Shown in pieces: positions 1-12,800 of a DNA stretch of 62,267 nt; the stretch's first letter is position 1, and every line of letters begins with the position of its first letter. The notes under the pieces are model-generated. The model was not told where the DNA came from and made no database searches. It was given only the letters and a program-made list of their open reading frames with translations. The stretch is from Candidatus Omnitrophota bacterium (GTDB lineage Bacteria > Omnitrophota > Gorgyraeia > JABMRG01 > JAFGKX01). The stretch lies in contig JAZDPX010000042.1 in the NCBI GenBank assembly GCA_043797125.1, forward strand, positions 1-62,267, read 5' to 3'. The position numbers were made by a program, and so were the translations under genes.

Positions 1-19
1 AGACGGCGTAAAGCTAAAG

Positions 20-3000
20 GTGCAGCAAAAACAAGACCAGCCCCTCTGGCAGGCCCTTGCGCAGAACCTGTCCTGGGATGAATTAAAACAAGGCCTGCAG
101 CAACTGAATAAAACAAAATCCAAAGATGTAAAACTGTATCGATTATTCAGAAAAGAGATGGGGATATATGATGTTGACGAGAATAGCTTTAAGGGGGAAC
201 CTGCTATAACAGAACCGCAGGGTACGCCGGATGAAGAATTCGCCGGCAAAACTTTCGCGCCTGCGAAAGATTTATCAGCCGCATCGGCGGATATCGCTAA
301 GGTTCGTAGCAGCATACTGCCAATTTTAGACGAACGGCATAAAAATGATATCCACCACGGATTAAAACACGCGAATGATTTGATTGCGATGGCTCTGGCT
401 TTAGCGGAAGAAGCGAAAGTTTATAATAAGGTTGACTGGAAAGTAATGACTGCCGCCATATTGCTGCATGATATATATGCTTACGAAGATAAAGGGCACG
501 CTTTAAAAACCGTAGAATATATCGATAAGCATTTGGCAGATAATCCGTTATTTACAAAAAGCCAGATAGAGAAAATAAAAGAGGCTGTTTTATGGCATGA
601 TGAAAAAACCCTGCAAAATATATCAGAAATACGAAAAAAGAATCTTGAAACGCGCATTCTTTATGATGTAGATAATATGGATGCTTTCGGAGTCAAGGGA
701 ATATACAGGTATATGGCAATCTATTTTGCAAGGGGTAAAGACCTTACCGCTATTAAAGAAAAGGTTTTGGATAACCTTAAGTTTCGTTTTAAGAACTTAT
801 GTTTTGATGAATCAAAAGAAATGGCTCAAGAAGATTTCGAGTACGCAAAAGCCTTTTTTGCTTTACTAAAGCAAGAAAATACACCTGAAGACTCCCTGTC
901 CGGCGCAACGGCTGCGGCGTATTACATAAAAAAATACATTGATGAGACCCCGGTTGAAATCGCAAGTGCAGCTTTATCCGAATTAATCTTATCAAAAGAA
1001 ACAAAAATAGCGCGAGACTATTTTACTTTGTTGCGAGGCGCGTATTTAACAGAAGAGAAAGGCGCATCCGGGTATTTAGAGCAGGAGGTATTGCATCCTG
1101 ATAGGTTAAAATTTTACAATTTTTACATGGAAACAAGAAATGAGCTTAGAGAAATAGTCCAGCGTGATACCGAGCTGGCAAAATACTTTGAGACTCTTCC
1201 TGTTTTGACGCAGGATGCTTTTGTATTTTATAGAGACTCCGGCGAGAATTCCCGCAAAATAGGCAGTAGCGTGGGAGTTAATATCATATTCGCGAATCAG
1301 CTTATGGATGCCTTCGAGCGCGGGGGTATTTACAAAAAATGGGCAATGTATGTATTTACCCACAGGCTTATGCATGAACTAGGGCATAAGCCAGCAAGAA
1401 GTACCAATGAAAATGAAATAGAAGAGGAGGCAAAGCTTATCCATTACGATCTTATTCTGTACAAGCTGTATAAAGAACAAGGCGTACAGGACATCATAGA
1501 CAATGTTTTCGCTGAATATAAAGACAACGATCTTTTTCCATCAGGATATTATTTTAGATTTTTGGAAGCTCTTACCCATCTTAATGTGACAGAACAAAGG
1601 CAAATTATAGTTACGTACGCCTCTCATCAGGATATGACGAAAGCGGAAATTAATAAATTAACTAGTTCTATATGCGCCGGCGCTTATGAAGCGTATATAG
1701 AAGAAATCAATAGTAGGCCTGTTTTTGTGGGCACATGCAAAAGGTTCGGGGCGTTTGCCAAATTAGAAGATGCAATAATGGAAAATTTTGCACCTTTGGG
1801 GCTTTATGAGTCTGAATTGCTTGAAATTGAAATGCTGTTTACCAAACCCGGCAAAATTACTTTTGACGATGCTACCCAGTTATATAAGGTAGCTGAAAAA
1901 TTGATTTTAGCAAGAAAACAACGCAATAATTATTACGACAACCCACCGGCCTTTGCCAATTGGCGGTCTACTGAGAAGTCAGCCGAATTGGAAAACAGCT
2001 ATGATACCGCACAGAGAGAATACAACAAGTTAATTATGCAGCTGTTTAAGAAAACCATTGAGCAGCAAGCAGATACGGCACCAGCAACCATGCCGCGTTC
2101 ATCCACGGAAAATCCGGCGCTTGCATTTCTTAAAGAAAACGGATTTCCGCATATAATAAATGTAGATGAGATAAAAAAATTATCAGATAGAGTCCTGGCA
2201 TTAAAGGCAGAAGGTGCTAATGAGTTTTTTATTGATAATTCAGGTGAATACAAGGAAACTGATTTTTACTCTAAAGTTATGGATTTGAATAAAACCGACG
2301 CATTTGCCGCGCACCCTATGCGTTTAACAAAATGCGCCCTTTACGAGAAAATTGATAATAGTGAATCATGGCATAATATATGGTTAGGCAATATTATCCC
2401 TATTATGGGGATGCATATTTATGATGAAAACGGCAGGCCATATACAGACGAAGATATAGAAAAAATATTAGGGCTTCGCAGAATCTATGATACTACCGCC
2501 AGCCCGCAAGCTGGTTACGTTTATGCCGCAGTTAATAAAGGAAAGCGGACAATTTTCTTTCCAGGGCCATGGGTGGTGCCTTATATTACTACAAAAGAGG
2601 GAGGAGAAGTTATTCTGAAGACTTTTGATGATATTACCGAACTGGCAAAAAAGGAAGCAAATAGTAGCAATATCTCCGAAGTTATACGTGATTTAGCCAG
2701 GGAAGGAAAAATAAAAGTTAAACTTGCCAGCAGCCTCGAATTCGTAGGCGCGGGATGTTTTAACTTTCCATCGTCGCCTGATATACCGGCTAAAATTAAA
2801 AAGTTAAATGGCAGAAACGTCTATATTCCTGGTTTGTCAATACAAAAGGCGGCAGGAGTTGAACTGCAAACAGGCGGGGTTGGCGCTGCCGATTCAGATA
2901 AGGTTGACGGTATTAAAATGGAAAATGAACTGCGCAAAATGGGAGCTATTATAGCGTATGACAGCGTTGATACGATTAATTTATCAAAACATTTTGATGC

Positions 3001-3766
3001 CAGCCAAATTCTTAGGTTTGGTTACAGCAGTTTTATTTTACAGTCGCTGATTGCCAACCAGGCGTTGGGTGTTAATCTAAGAAAAACCAGCAAGCAAATG
3101 TTAAAAGAATATATAGGCGAAGTTTTTGGAGAAGGGCAAAAAACGAAGGATTTATTTTTAGAGCGCACGCTTAGGACGCTCGCAAAGAATATCAGAGTTT
3201 GTTATTTAAAAGATTATGTGCGTAATGCTCCTTCAAATACTACACACAATTGCGGGCCTAATTTTGAATTGAAAGATATTACGCCATTCAATTTTGAAAA
3301 AGGCGAATTAGATACCTACCGTAAGCAAATAGAACGTTCTGGTGAATGGGCACATACATGGAGTTTTCTTAACGCAGTCTATTCCTCTCTAATGCCCGAT
3401 AAGGTGGAGGTTATAAAAAGAGGCAGAAGAATACATAGAGTTCATTTTTACCCCAAAGACCACCCTATGTTTAAGGAAGTATTTCTTGAAGAGCTATTTG
3501 GCAAGGATGCCAAATGGGCAAAAGAAAATTTTGATAAGTATTATAGAAACGCGCAGATTAAGACCTCGATGAGAGACGTTACTATAGACGCTATTTTCGC
3601 TATGCTCGAGGCGCTTAAAGCGCGCAATATCCAAGTCGAGGAAATTACAGATGCGTTTGATAGCGGCTCGCAGATAAAAATTCCGTATGATTTTGATTTT
3701 CCTAAAACAGAATCAGAGGATATAAACAGCGCTAAATATGAATTATCAATAGGAGAGGCTGCATAA
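20..3766 (+). CDS. Large HD-domain / HExxH-motif protein, >=1,248 aa, possibly 5'-truncated by the window
   Basis: Long ORF from the track. The listed start is a GTG at 20, but the same frame has no stop back to base 2, so the gene may continue upstream. It contains an HD-type motif set and an HELGH motif. The stop TAA at 3764-3766 lies 2 nt before the ATG of the giant ORF. Confidence 0.8.
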   Translation: MQQKQDQPLWQALAQNLSWDELKQGLQQLNKTKSKDVKLYRLFRKEMGIYDVDENSFKGEPAITEPQGTPDEEFAGKTFAPAKDLSAASADIAKVRSSILPILDERHKNDIHHGLKHANDLIAMALALAEEAKVYNKVDWKVMTAAILLHDIYAYEDKGHALKTVEYIDKHLADNPLFTKSQIEKIKEAVLWHDEKTLQNISEIRKKNLETRILYDVDNMDAFGVKGIYRYMAIYFARGKDLTAIKEKVLDNLKFRFKNLCFDESKEMAQEDFEYAKAFFALLKQENTPEDSLSGATAAAYYIKKYIDETPVEIASAALSELILSKETKIARDYFTLLRGAYLTEEKGASGYLEQEVLHPDRLKFYNFYMETRNELREIVQRDTELAKYFETLPVLTQDAFVFYRDSGENSRKIGSSVGVNIIFANQLMDAFERGGIYKKWAMYVFTHRLMHELGHKPARSTNENEIEEEAKLIHYDLILYKLYKEQGVQDIIDNVFAEYKDNDLFPSGYYFRFLEALTHLNVTEQRQIIVTYASHQDMTKAEINKLTSSICAGAYEAYIEEINSRPVFVGTCKRFGAFAKLEDAIMENFAPLGLYESELLEIEMLFTKPGKITFDDATQLYKVAEKLILARKQRNNYYDNPPAFANWRSTEKSAELENSYDTAQREYNKLIMQLFKKTIEQQADTAPATMPRSSTENPALAFLKENGFPHIINVDEIKKLSDRVLALKAEGANEFFIDNSGEYKETDFYSKVMDLNKTDAFAAHPMRLTKCALYEKIDNSESWHNIWLGNIIPIMGMHIYDENGRPYTDEDIEKILGLRRIYDTTASPQAGYVYAAVNKGKRTIFFPGPWVVPYITTKEGGEVILKTFDDITELAKKEANSSNISEVIRDLAREGKIKVKLASSLEFVGAGCFNFPSSPDIPAKIKKLNGRNVYIPGLSIQKAAGVELQTGGVGAADSDKVDGIKMENELRKMGAIIAYDSVDTINLSKHFDASQILRFGYSSFILQSLIANQALGVNLRKTSKQMLKEYIGEVFGEGQKTKDLFLERTLRTLAKNIRVCYLKDYVRNAPSNTTHNCGPNFELKDITPFNFEKGELDTYRKQIERSGEWAHTWSFLNAVYSSLMPDKVEVIKRGRRIHRVHFYPKDHPMFKEVFLEELFGKDAKWAKENFDKYYRNAQIKTSMRDVTIDAIFAMLEALKARNIQVEEITDAFDSGSQIKIPYDFDFPKTESEDINSAKYELSIGEAA
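332..695 (+). other. HD (metal-dependent phosphohydrolase) domain within ORF 20-3766
   Basis: The order 'HHGLKHANDL...AAILLHDIYAYEDKGH...VLWHDE...LYDVDNMDAFG' matches the H...HD...D pattern of the HD superfamily. The HD dipeptide is encoded at 467-472. Confidence 0.6.
1373..1387 (+). other. HExxH zinc-metallopeptidase-like motif (HELGH) in ORF 20-3766
   Basis: 'FTHRLMHELGHKP' was read directly from codons 1373-1387. A downstream acidic stretch, 'NENEIEEEA', could supply a third ligand. This is motif-level evidence only. Confidence 0.4.
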
Positions 3767-3768
3767 AA

Positions 3769-3843
3769 ATGAAAAGAAAAATCATGAAAATAATATCTAT
3801 GGTTTTAATCATCGCCTTCACCGTAAACCAGGTGAGCTACGGC
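3769..3843 (+). other. N-terminal Sec-type signal peptide of the giant protein
   Basis: 'MKRKIMKIISMVLIIAFTVNQVSYG|AS' has a basic n-region, a hydrophobic core and small residues at -3/-1. Confidence 0.6.
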
Positions 3844-6800
3844 GCAAGCGGCGAGCATATCGCGCGGGAAAAGGCGGCTTCGGCGTTAAGGCCAGCGTCG
3901 CTGGTTGATAACAGCTTGTTTCCCAACAGCACATTTCAAATAAACCCGCAATTTGACGGTAATATAGGGGAAATTGTAGAGCAAACTGTATTTGAGAAAT
4001 CCGGTACGCCTCTTGAAGCCGCTACGCATGAACCCGAATCTCTTGTTGAGCGCATGATTGCCGATTTTGAATCAGCCGGAGTGCCTCGCGGCGAGGATAA
4101 TAAGAAGAAAAGATATGAAGGGGTAAGCTTTGTGTCGGGCATGGCTTCTATTTACGCCGCTGCTTCTTATGCTTTGGAAAATAACGATTTGGATGACCCA
4201 AACAAAGCAGAGATTATTCTCTTAAGGCCTGCTTACGGATGCAGCGATAATCTATTTGGCCAATTACAGTCCGTGGCAAAAGTTAAGTTTGTTAATAGCC
4301 TTGAGGAATTAAAAGAAGCTGTTACTGAAAACACGGTATTTTTCTTTTTCGAATCTCCGGCAAACCCGTCCTTGAAAATCATTCCTATCAAGAAAGCGGC
4401 AGATATTGTTAAATCCAAGAATCCCAACGCGATAGTGGCTTTTGACAATACCTTTGCCACATCAGCAGCCCAGCAGCCGCTTAGGCACGGAGTAGATATA
4501 TCCATGGTAGGCTGCACAAAGGGAATTTCCGCGGTAGGCGATGTAGAGGGCGCTGTATTAGTCGCGAAAAAAGATATTGCCGAAAAATTAAAATCAAGAA
4601 GAGCAAAACTTGCTTCGCCGATAGATGCCTTGGATGCCTTTAAAATTATTAAGTACGGCCTGCCATTTCTGTATAAAAGACTTGAAAAACAGCAGTCAAA
4701 TGCCTTTAAAGTTGTGGAATTATTAAAACAAAAGGTGAATGATGGCATTATTAAATCCGTGTCTTATCCGGGCGACCTGCAAAACCCCGATTATGAAACA
4801 GCCAAAGCCCAGATGACAAATTTCGGGCATATGATATATTTTGATTTAGATACCCTTGAAAGAGCAAAGGCTTGCGTGAATTTAACAAAATACACAAGGT
4901 TTCTTAATTACGCTGTCAGCCTTGGCCAGGTGCGCACTTTGATTGAAGTGCCTGCGCTTGGTACGCATAAGACCGTTTCAAAGGAGGATCAAAAGGCCGG
5001 AGGCATAAGCGAGGGAGGCGTGCGTTTATCAGTAGGCATTGAAAATATAGACGATGTATTAAGAGAGCTTGAATGTGTATTTACTATTTTAGAGCGCTAT
5101 AAGGATAATTTAGACGCTATTCCTTACGATAAGTTAGATAGAATTTTTATGGCAAAATGGTACGGGCCTAACGGCGAAACAGAGCACCTGTTAAGAAAGA
5201 TGCCTATAATAAGAAGAAAGAATAACAAATATGTTATTGAGCCTAATATTACAAGGGCAATAAGCAGGTTGCGAGATGATTATACCAAGGAAACCGCCAG
5301 GATAATTCACGAAGCAACGCGCATAGATAGATGCGATGCGCAGAATCTGCTTATTCACCATACTTGGCTATGGGGACTTTTAAGCGGCGATCATCATTCA
5401 CTAACATCTTCAGGCGGTTCCACAACCTTTCGTTCTGAAAATGCCAAAAGCATGGAAGATGCTTTTATTTCTTTAGGTTTGCTTGAAAAAGACACCCAGA
5501 AGATAGAAGCAGGCCTGAGAAATATTTATACGCGCTTAGGCACGCCTGCTATTGTAACACTCGAGACTTTAGTTACCTTGTTTGAAACAGGGGTAAAAGA
5601 CGCTCTAAGTTATAAATACCGCGGATTTTCAACCCCCTCGTTGAATGAGGCGATAAACTGTGTAATTAATAAGTCTATACTTACAACTCCCGCAAAAGAA
5701 AACAATAAACCAATAAAAATAGTCGCATTTACATCCGAAAACACTAAACTCGATCTGATTATCAATCATTATAAAAATCAATACTATTCCGAGCTTGAAA
5801 ATGAAAACGGAAATTTAAAATTTGAATTTGAGGCAGTTTATTCTCCATCAGGCATTGCCGGCCTTAATGAGACGGTAGATTTTGTCTTTGTTGATGATGC
5901 GCCTTATTCCGGGCTTAATGTAAGCGATATCAATTCTATTAAACAGCATACAAACGCAAAAATTACCTGGATAAATACGAGCGGTTTTTCAAAGGGCATT
6001 CAGCCTATTAAAGAAGGCGCCGATATGAGCATAGTTTCCATAAAAGACGGTGAAGAAGAAAACAGCGCGGTTATTGTCGCGCCTTTTGAAGATGCGACAA
6101 AATTCGCAGGCACAAGGAAAAATACCGACAATCCGGTGCGCGACAGAAAAGCTCTCGAGGCATCGAATTATATTCTGCCTCATAGAGAATTTGGCATCGC
6201 AACTCAAACCTATGAGCGCAAGACAGCATATTTGCATGAAGAAACGCCAGGGCATGTATTTATAAGCGCAGAACATATAAAGTCAAATAAATCGTTTCCG
6301 GATGAAGTGAATATTTTAGGCTCAAAAGTTTCTATAACGCTTATATGCAGCACTCACCACACAGAAACGAGAGAATCTGTAAATGCCCCATCAATCATAC
6401 GTGATACCTGTAACGACATGATAAATAATGCAACAAATCAGGCCCAAATATCCGAAGATGATATTGAAGGTTTTTTAATATCTAGGCAGGTTGATATAGC
6501 AAAAAATAATTTTTATACGAAGATAATAAACTTTTTAAAATATATAAAAGATTATGTTTTAGCCAGCATCCGTAAAACAGTTTATTATGATGAAGTTAAA
6601 AAGTTTATTGATGAAGTAGAACTAAAACTCGATTCAATAAATGAGCAGCTTTACTCTATTGGCACCCAGAGAAACAGCTGCATAGCCGATTGCCCTATAA
6701 GTTCACCTGAAGATAAAGAGAAATACGATACCTACTTTAGCAGTCTCCCCGACAAGCAACAAGAGGTGCTTAAGGAAAGCAAATGGAAATATCCTATATT

Positions 6801-9800
6801 TTGGGTAGATAGCCTTGACGGAAAAGACGGTAAAAAAATAGGAGATATTTTAGAGAAAAAAGAAGACAAGCTAAAACAGGAAAAATTAGCGCTAGTATCG
6901 GACGCTAAACTGTTAAAAGACGCCATAGCCTATTCTAAACTGAAAATAAAGAATCCGGTTCTTAAGAAAAGGTTCCAAAAGCTTATTCCTACCCTGCTGT
7001 ATGAACAGGTTGATAATGACCCAAAAATAAGAAAGCAATACCTGGAGCTGTATAAAGCGTATCTGAGTTTTCCTATGGTGTATGAAGGCGAAAAGCTTAA
7101 TGACGTCAGCGCCAATTATATATCAAGAAATAAATTGGATGAAAAAGAGAGAAAACAGCTTTCCCTGTTTATGCCACAACGTGGTAAAGAGCTGGTGTCA
7201 AGAAAACTGGCCTTCGCGAAACTGCAGAACGAGACAACGCGTAAATTAGCAACTAAATTTGGCCTTTCCTATAAAAGTTATACTGAATTATCGCACGCGG
7301 CAAACGAATTCCCCTACAGCCAATTTGAAAAATTTGCCGGGCAAATAGAAACCGCAACCAAACACGCGATAACAGAGGCTGCCGATGAATATCGTCAAGC
7401 TTTAGCGGAAGAAGGCCTTGAGCTCCTGCCGCATAACGTGCTTTATAAAAACAGGAAAACTTATAAAGAAGTAGAGCAATACTATACAGTTGACCAGCTA
7501 TCTAAGGCGGTAAAACAAACCTTTGAAGATATGGGTATTGATATATCAAAGGTTTTGATTGACAACAACACAAGAGGGCAGGAAGGATTGGAAGGCAAAT
7601 TAGACGGGAGGTTTCCGCATCCCGGGATATCCACATATATCGGAAGAGGCCTCGCCGCGCGTATTCTATTAAACTTGCAGGACGGAGCTGATTTTGCCTA
7701 TATATTACCGCATGAAACAGGGCATGGAGCCAACCATACTAATGGTAATTTTGACGAAGGGACCCTTGTAGGCTCCTCAAGTCAGGCTATCAGCGAATTC
7801 CTGGCAAGGTTTATTGAAAATATGATTTATGACCCTGTATGGATACAAAAATATATTTCTGAAATGCCCAAACCTTTAATGTACGAATTTTTAGAGGCGC
7901 GCCGCAAAGAACACCTGCTTATGTTCAGGGGCCTTGGCTATTATCTGGCTGTTTCCGGCTTTGAGAAATATATGTATGAGTTGGCGGATATGGATGAGAA
8001 TTCTGAAGAATATAAGAAGATATATGGAGACATGACAAAAGAGCAGGCCCTGACGCAGTATTACTGGAACATGCGTTCAGGCATTACAGGAATCCCGGAT
8101 CCTGCGCATGTGAAAGACTATTATAATTCTCCGGAATGGGCAGGGCTTATTCATTATATAATCGCTACAGCGTACATGCCGTTTAGCTATTTCTACGCTG
8201 ATATTTATTATTATCAGGTAGCGCGCGCGCTTAAAGACAAAGGCCTCTCTATCGCGAAGAACCCGAAAGAAATAGGCAAATTTTTAACGGAGAAATTTTA
8301 TAATGTAGGAAGCAGGATATCCGGCGACGAAATAATAGAAAACGCCATAGGCAAAAAGCCAGATCCAAGAGATTATATACAATGGGCCATTACAGAGATC
8401 AAAAATCCGAGCATTAAGGAAGAAGTTATTTCTGCAGGCAAAAACAGAGAAAGAGGTATTTTTGATGTATCGAATTTTCTGCCTCTGTCAATAATAGAAG
8501 AGCCCCGGCCTGTTAAAATAAAGCAATTTAAAGAAGCAGATATGACTATAGAGTCTTTACCCATTGATGAGTTGCATAATTTAGTAAACAAGCTTGGCTT
8601 GCCATCTACTACTATGGTGCTTAATGCCAAAGACGGCATTGAATCCACCCAAGAGCTTATAAATAAAATAATAAATGAAAAAGTAGGAGTTGCGCTTGTT
8701 TTTTGCGATAACTACGAGCAGGCCAAAACTTTTTATTATACGCTGTTTAACAAAATAAAAGACATGGATACACTTGAGCGTGTTTTAAGCGCTTTATATG
8801 CCTTAAAGCCAGAAATCGCTGAAAGCGCTCCGCAGGGGCTTAACTTTGTTTTTTCTGAAAGCGCAATTTCGCCATTAATTTCATTAAAAGATGTTTTCTA
8901 TACCAGGATTGCTTCAGATAAAGACGTAAAAATTATAATTACACATTATGCCCAAGAGGATACGCAATCAGCAAAAGATTTAATTGAGTGGGCTAAAGGA
9001 AGAAAACAGAAAGACGCAGAAGAAGTAGCATCTAAATCCGAGAAGAAGCTTTTAAAATACGCATTGGTTGCTAAAAACACAAGCAACAGGATAGTAGGGA
9101 TCATTTATCCAGCTGCTGGAATTAAGCAAAAGCAAAACCTGGTTATCGCGTACCCGCCTCATAATAAAAAAATAGAGAAATTCGCCAAGCAACTTGAATT
9201 CAGAGGCGGTTTTGTAAAAGAAATAACGTCTATTAGCCCCATAAAAAAATATGGTTTTTACGGCATGTTTATCTTAACTTGGCTGAATTTAATGGACTTC
9301 GCTTATTATTTATTTGAAATGACGCAGAAGATTAATATCGGGCTCATTACACGGCCTGTTAGCATAGCTAGGGATATAGATTATGAGCCCACGGGAGACG
9401 AAACATATTATAAAGATGGTGTAAGGTTATACGAAAATGGTTGTAGCTTTGACAAAGATGGCAAGCGCCCTGAAGCGATACAGGTCTTTAACGAAGCGCT
9501 GGCAAAATTTAATGAAATTAGCGATCAATATAAGAAAAGGTCAGAACGGGATAATTTTATCAAGTTAACAGAAGGCAAGATAAAAGAAGAATGGCAAAGC
9601 AGGCTAAGGAATGCGAATACTCTATACAGCAAGGCAAGCTATAGTAAAGCAATTAATATTTTCAATGACATAATTGCAAATTGCAAAATAAGCAAAACCC
9701 GGCCAATTATACAAGAAGCGGAAAGGATGAGAGGCCTTGCGTATAAAAAGATGGTATCTGAAATAGAGTGGTGTAATAAAAAGATAGCTAAGTTAACTAG

Positions 9801-12800
9801 CGATATAGAAACGTGCAATAAATCAAAAAACTCAGGAAATATTAAAAAATTTGGAAACAAAAACGAAATAATCGTAACAAGCAGCGAAAAAATTATTGAA
9901 AAATTAGAAAATATTTTACAACATGTAAATAATCTAGATGAAACTGATATAACAGAGAACATTTATAATGAGATAATGAAAGCAAAAGACCCAGTTATTA
10001 CCGTTATTACTATAGAAAGCACAACACAAAAAACCCTGAAGCGGTTAATTGCTTATGTAAATACGCAATTAGAAAAATTGGAGCCATTGAAGGATTTAGA
10101 AGAAGATGAGCCGATCAAAAATAAGGCCGCTATTAACCTTGTCCCGGAAGATACACCTGCAGATGATGACACGATAAGAAAGTTAGAAGGCGAAATCGCA
10201 GCAGCGAAAAGCCAACTAAAGCAAAAATATAAGCATGAGGATAACTTAAGATGGTTGTTTGTGCTACATACCAGAACAATTGAACTTTCAAAAATTCAAG
10301 GTAACCAGAAAAAAGTTGAGAGATCTTTAAACGCGCTCAAAACGCTGACCAGCAAAGCTGGCCCATCAACGTCTCTTGGGAAAGAATTTTGCGCTAAACT
10401 TGGATCGATACTTAATTACTTAGGAAAGTATAAGGAGGCAAGGATATATTTTAATAATGGCATATTGTCTACTGACCGTGAGGCGAAACTGGCATCTTTA
10501 GAAGGCTTGGCTTACGCCTATTTATTCACAAATGATAATCAAGAAAGCGTAGAAGCAGCTAATATATTGCTTTCTCTTGAAGCCGATGACATCGCAGGAG
10601 CAATAACAAAAGCGTATGCGCTAAAAAACATGGAAGAATTTGAAGAAGCTGAGGTTGTCTTTAATGACCTTGTCAGACTAACTGAAGCGAAAATGCATAA
10701 TGAACCGTTAGAACTTGCCCCAATAAAAGCTCTGCTTGGCCTTGCCGATGTTTTACATAAACAGGGAAAGATAGACCAAGCGAAGCTAGAGATAAAAAGA
10801 GCCGTATGGCTTAATAAAGAAAGAAAAGATGTCAAAGAGGCCGTAACAGCTCTTTCTGTGGAAATCACAGCTCCTCCCGTCGCGAGCAGGGAAAATGTAA
10901 AGACTCTATACGAAGACGCATTAAAGATGCTGGACAGGCCCGAAGAGTGCATGAATGCCTTACGGGACATTTTCTACGTCATACAGGGAGAAAATGGCTA
11001 TGATGATGTTAAGGCGGATTTGCATGCCGGCATAGGTATATGTTTTCAAAAGATGCATAACAACAGGATGGCCGCGTTTGAATTCAAATACGCTAAATCA
11101 GCCAGGGTGGAAACTGAACAAGTGCACCCCGAAGACCTTAAAACACAGGCAAAGGAAAAACTTATTTTGGCTAACCAGTGTTATGACCCTAATGACCAGG
11201 ATAGCGGCTGGAAGGCAAAGGTATATCTGCGCGAGGTAATAGATATGGCAGACAGCGATACGATTTATGACGCCTATAACACGCTGGCATATATATACCA
11301 TTTAGAAGGTAACGTTACGGAAGCCATATTGCTTTATTCAAAGATGGTCGATTTGAAACTGCATGACGAGTCCGGCAAATGTGACATAAAAACAGTTTAT
11401 TACAGAATGGGTGTGGCATTCGCTGATGGCAAAATATTCCGCCATGCGCCTGATTATATAAAAAGTCTTGGAGGCGCAGGCGCTACGGATACAAAGAGAT
11501 TTTTTTCAAGCATGATTGCAGGTAGATTAGCCCAGAGAGAGGGCAATTTAGAAAAGGTAATCAGCGAAGCTTTCTTGGCTGTAAACCATATAAAAAGCCA
11601 GGAGCATTCTTACAATTTTTTAGCGGAGGCATATTGCAACTTAGCCTATTGTTTACGGCAACAGAAAATAACCGATGAAGTTACCGCGAATTATAAAAAG
11701 TCAATAGGGTTCTTGTTTAAGAAGTTAGGACTCGAAGCCCCCGGGGAGTCCGATAATCTGGAGACGTTCTGTGAGTTTACGGAAAAAAACATTACGCCGC
11801 ATGATCTATCTTTTGAAGAACGGCAGAATTTGGGAGAGATTTTAAATGGGTTCGGCGCTATATGCACCGATGTAGGGACCCCTGACTTGGCCATAAGATT
11901 TTTTGTCCTCGCGGATAAATTCCTTATTTCCAAAGAAGAGCGCAATTTTATGGTATTTTTGCGCGGACAGGCATATTTAGAGAAGGCACGTCTCTTAAGA
12001 GACGAAAAAGATGCCGGTGCAGTTGAAGCATTTTCATTAGCGGAAAAGGATTTAATAAGCAGCGAGAAGGCAATACCAAAATGCCGTAGTTTTGCATATT
12101 ATCTTTTAGGCGCGATAAACCTTTTTCTCAACAGGCCTAATGATGCTATAGGCTATGCCATTAAAGCCCAGAAAGAAGGTTATGAGAAATCTTATACTGA
12201 TATTACGCTGTTACATGCCAATTTGGCATTAAATAAGATAGACGATGCGCTGCTATTATTTAGCCAACTGATTAAACAATCCCCCACAAATGAAAAAATT
12301 TACACGACTTTACTTAGCGGGATCCACTCTGGTTGGGATAATCTGCCCAGATTTGTAATGAGCATGGGGAATGTGCCCGGCGCCATTGAAACATTCTGTA
12401 AGGTTGCTGAAACAGAGGACGATGTTGAAGAAAAAAACAAAATGGTAAATTCTCTTTTACCTATACTTAAAGAGACATCTGCTGGAAAAAAAGCCGCTAT
12501 TACAATTTTTAAAACACTTAATATGCTAAAAGATACAAGGGTTCTAGAAGGCCTCCTTGACTCTATCTCTTTGCAATTAAGCGAGATGCCAAAGAGCAAA
12601 AACGGCAATGGTAATAACCTGCATAGCCTTGCGGAGGATATTAATATTTTCGCTGAAAACTGCGACAACCTTCAACTAATAGAATTGGCGAATTTATTGA
12701 ACCAATATAAAAGTGATAACTTTTATGAAGATTTAATGCTTAAAACCAGCGTTAATGCAAGAGAAAAGATTGTTCAAGCGATGTTATTGCAGGCGCCTCA

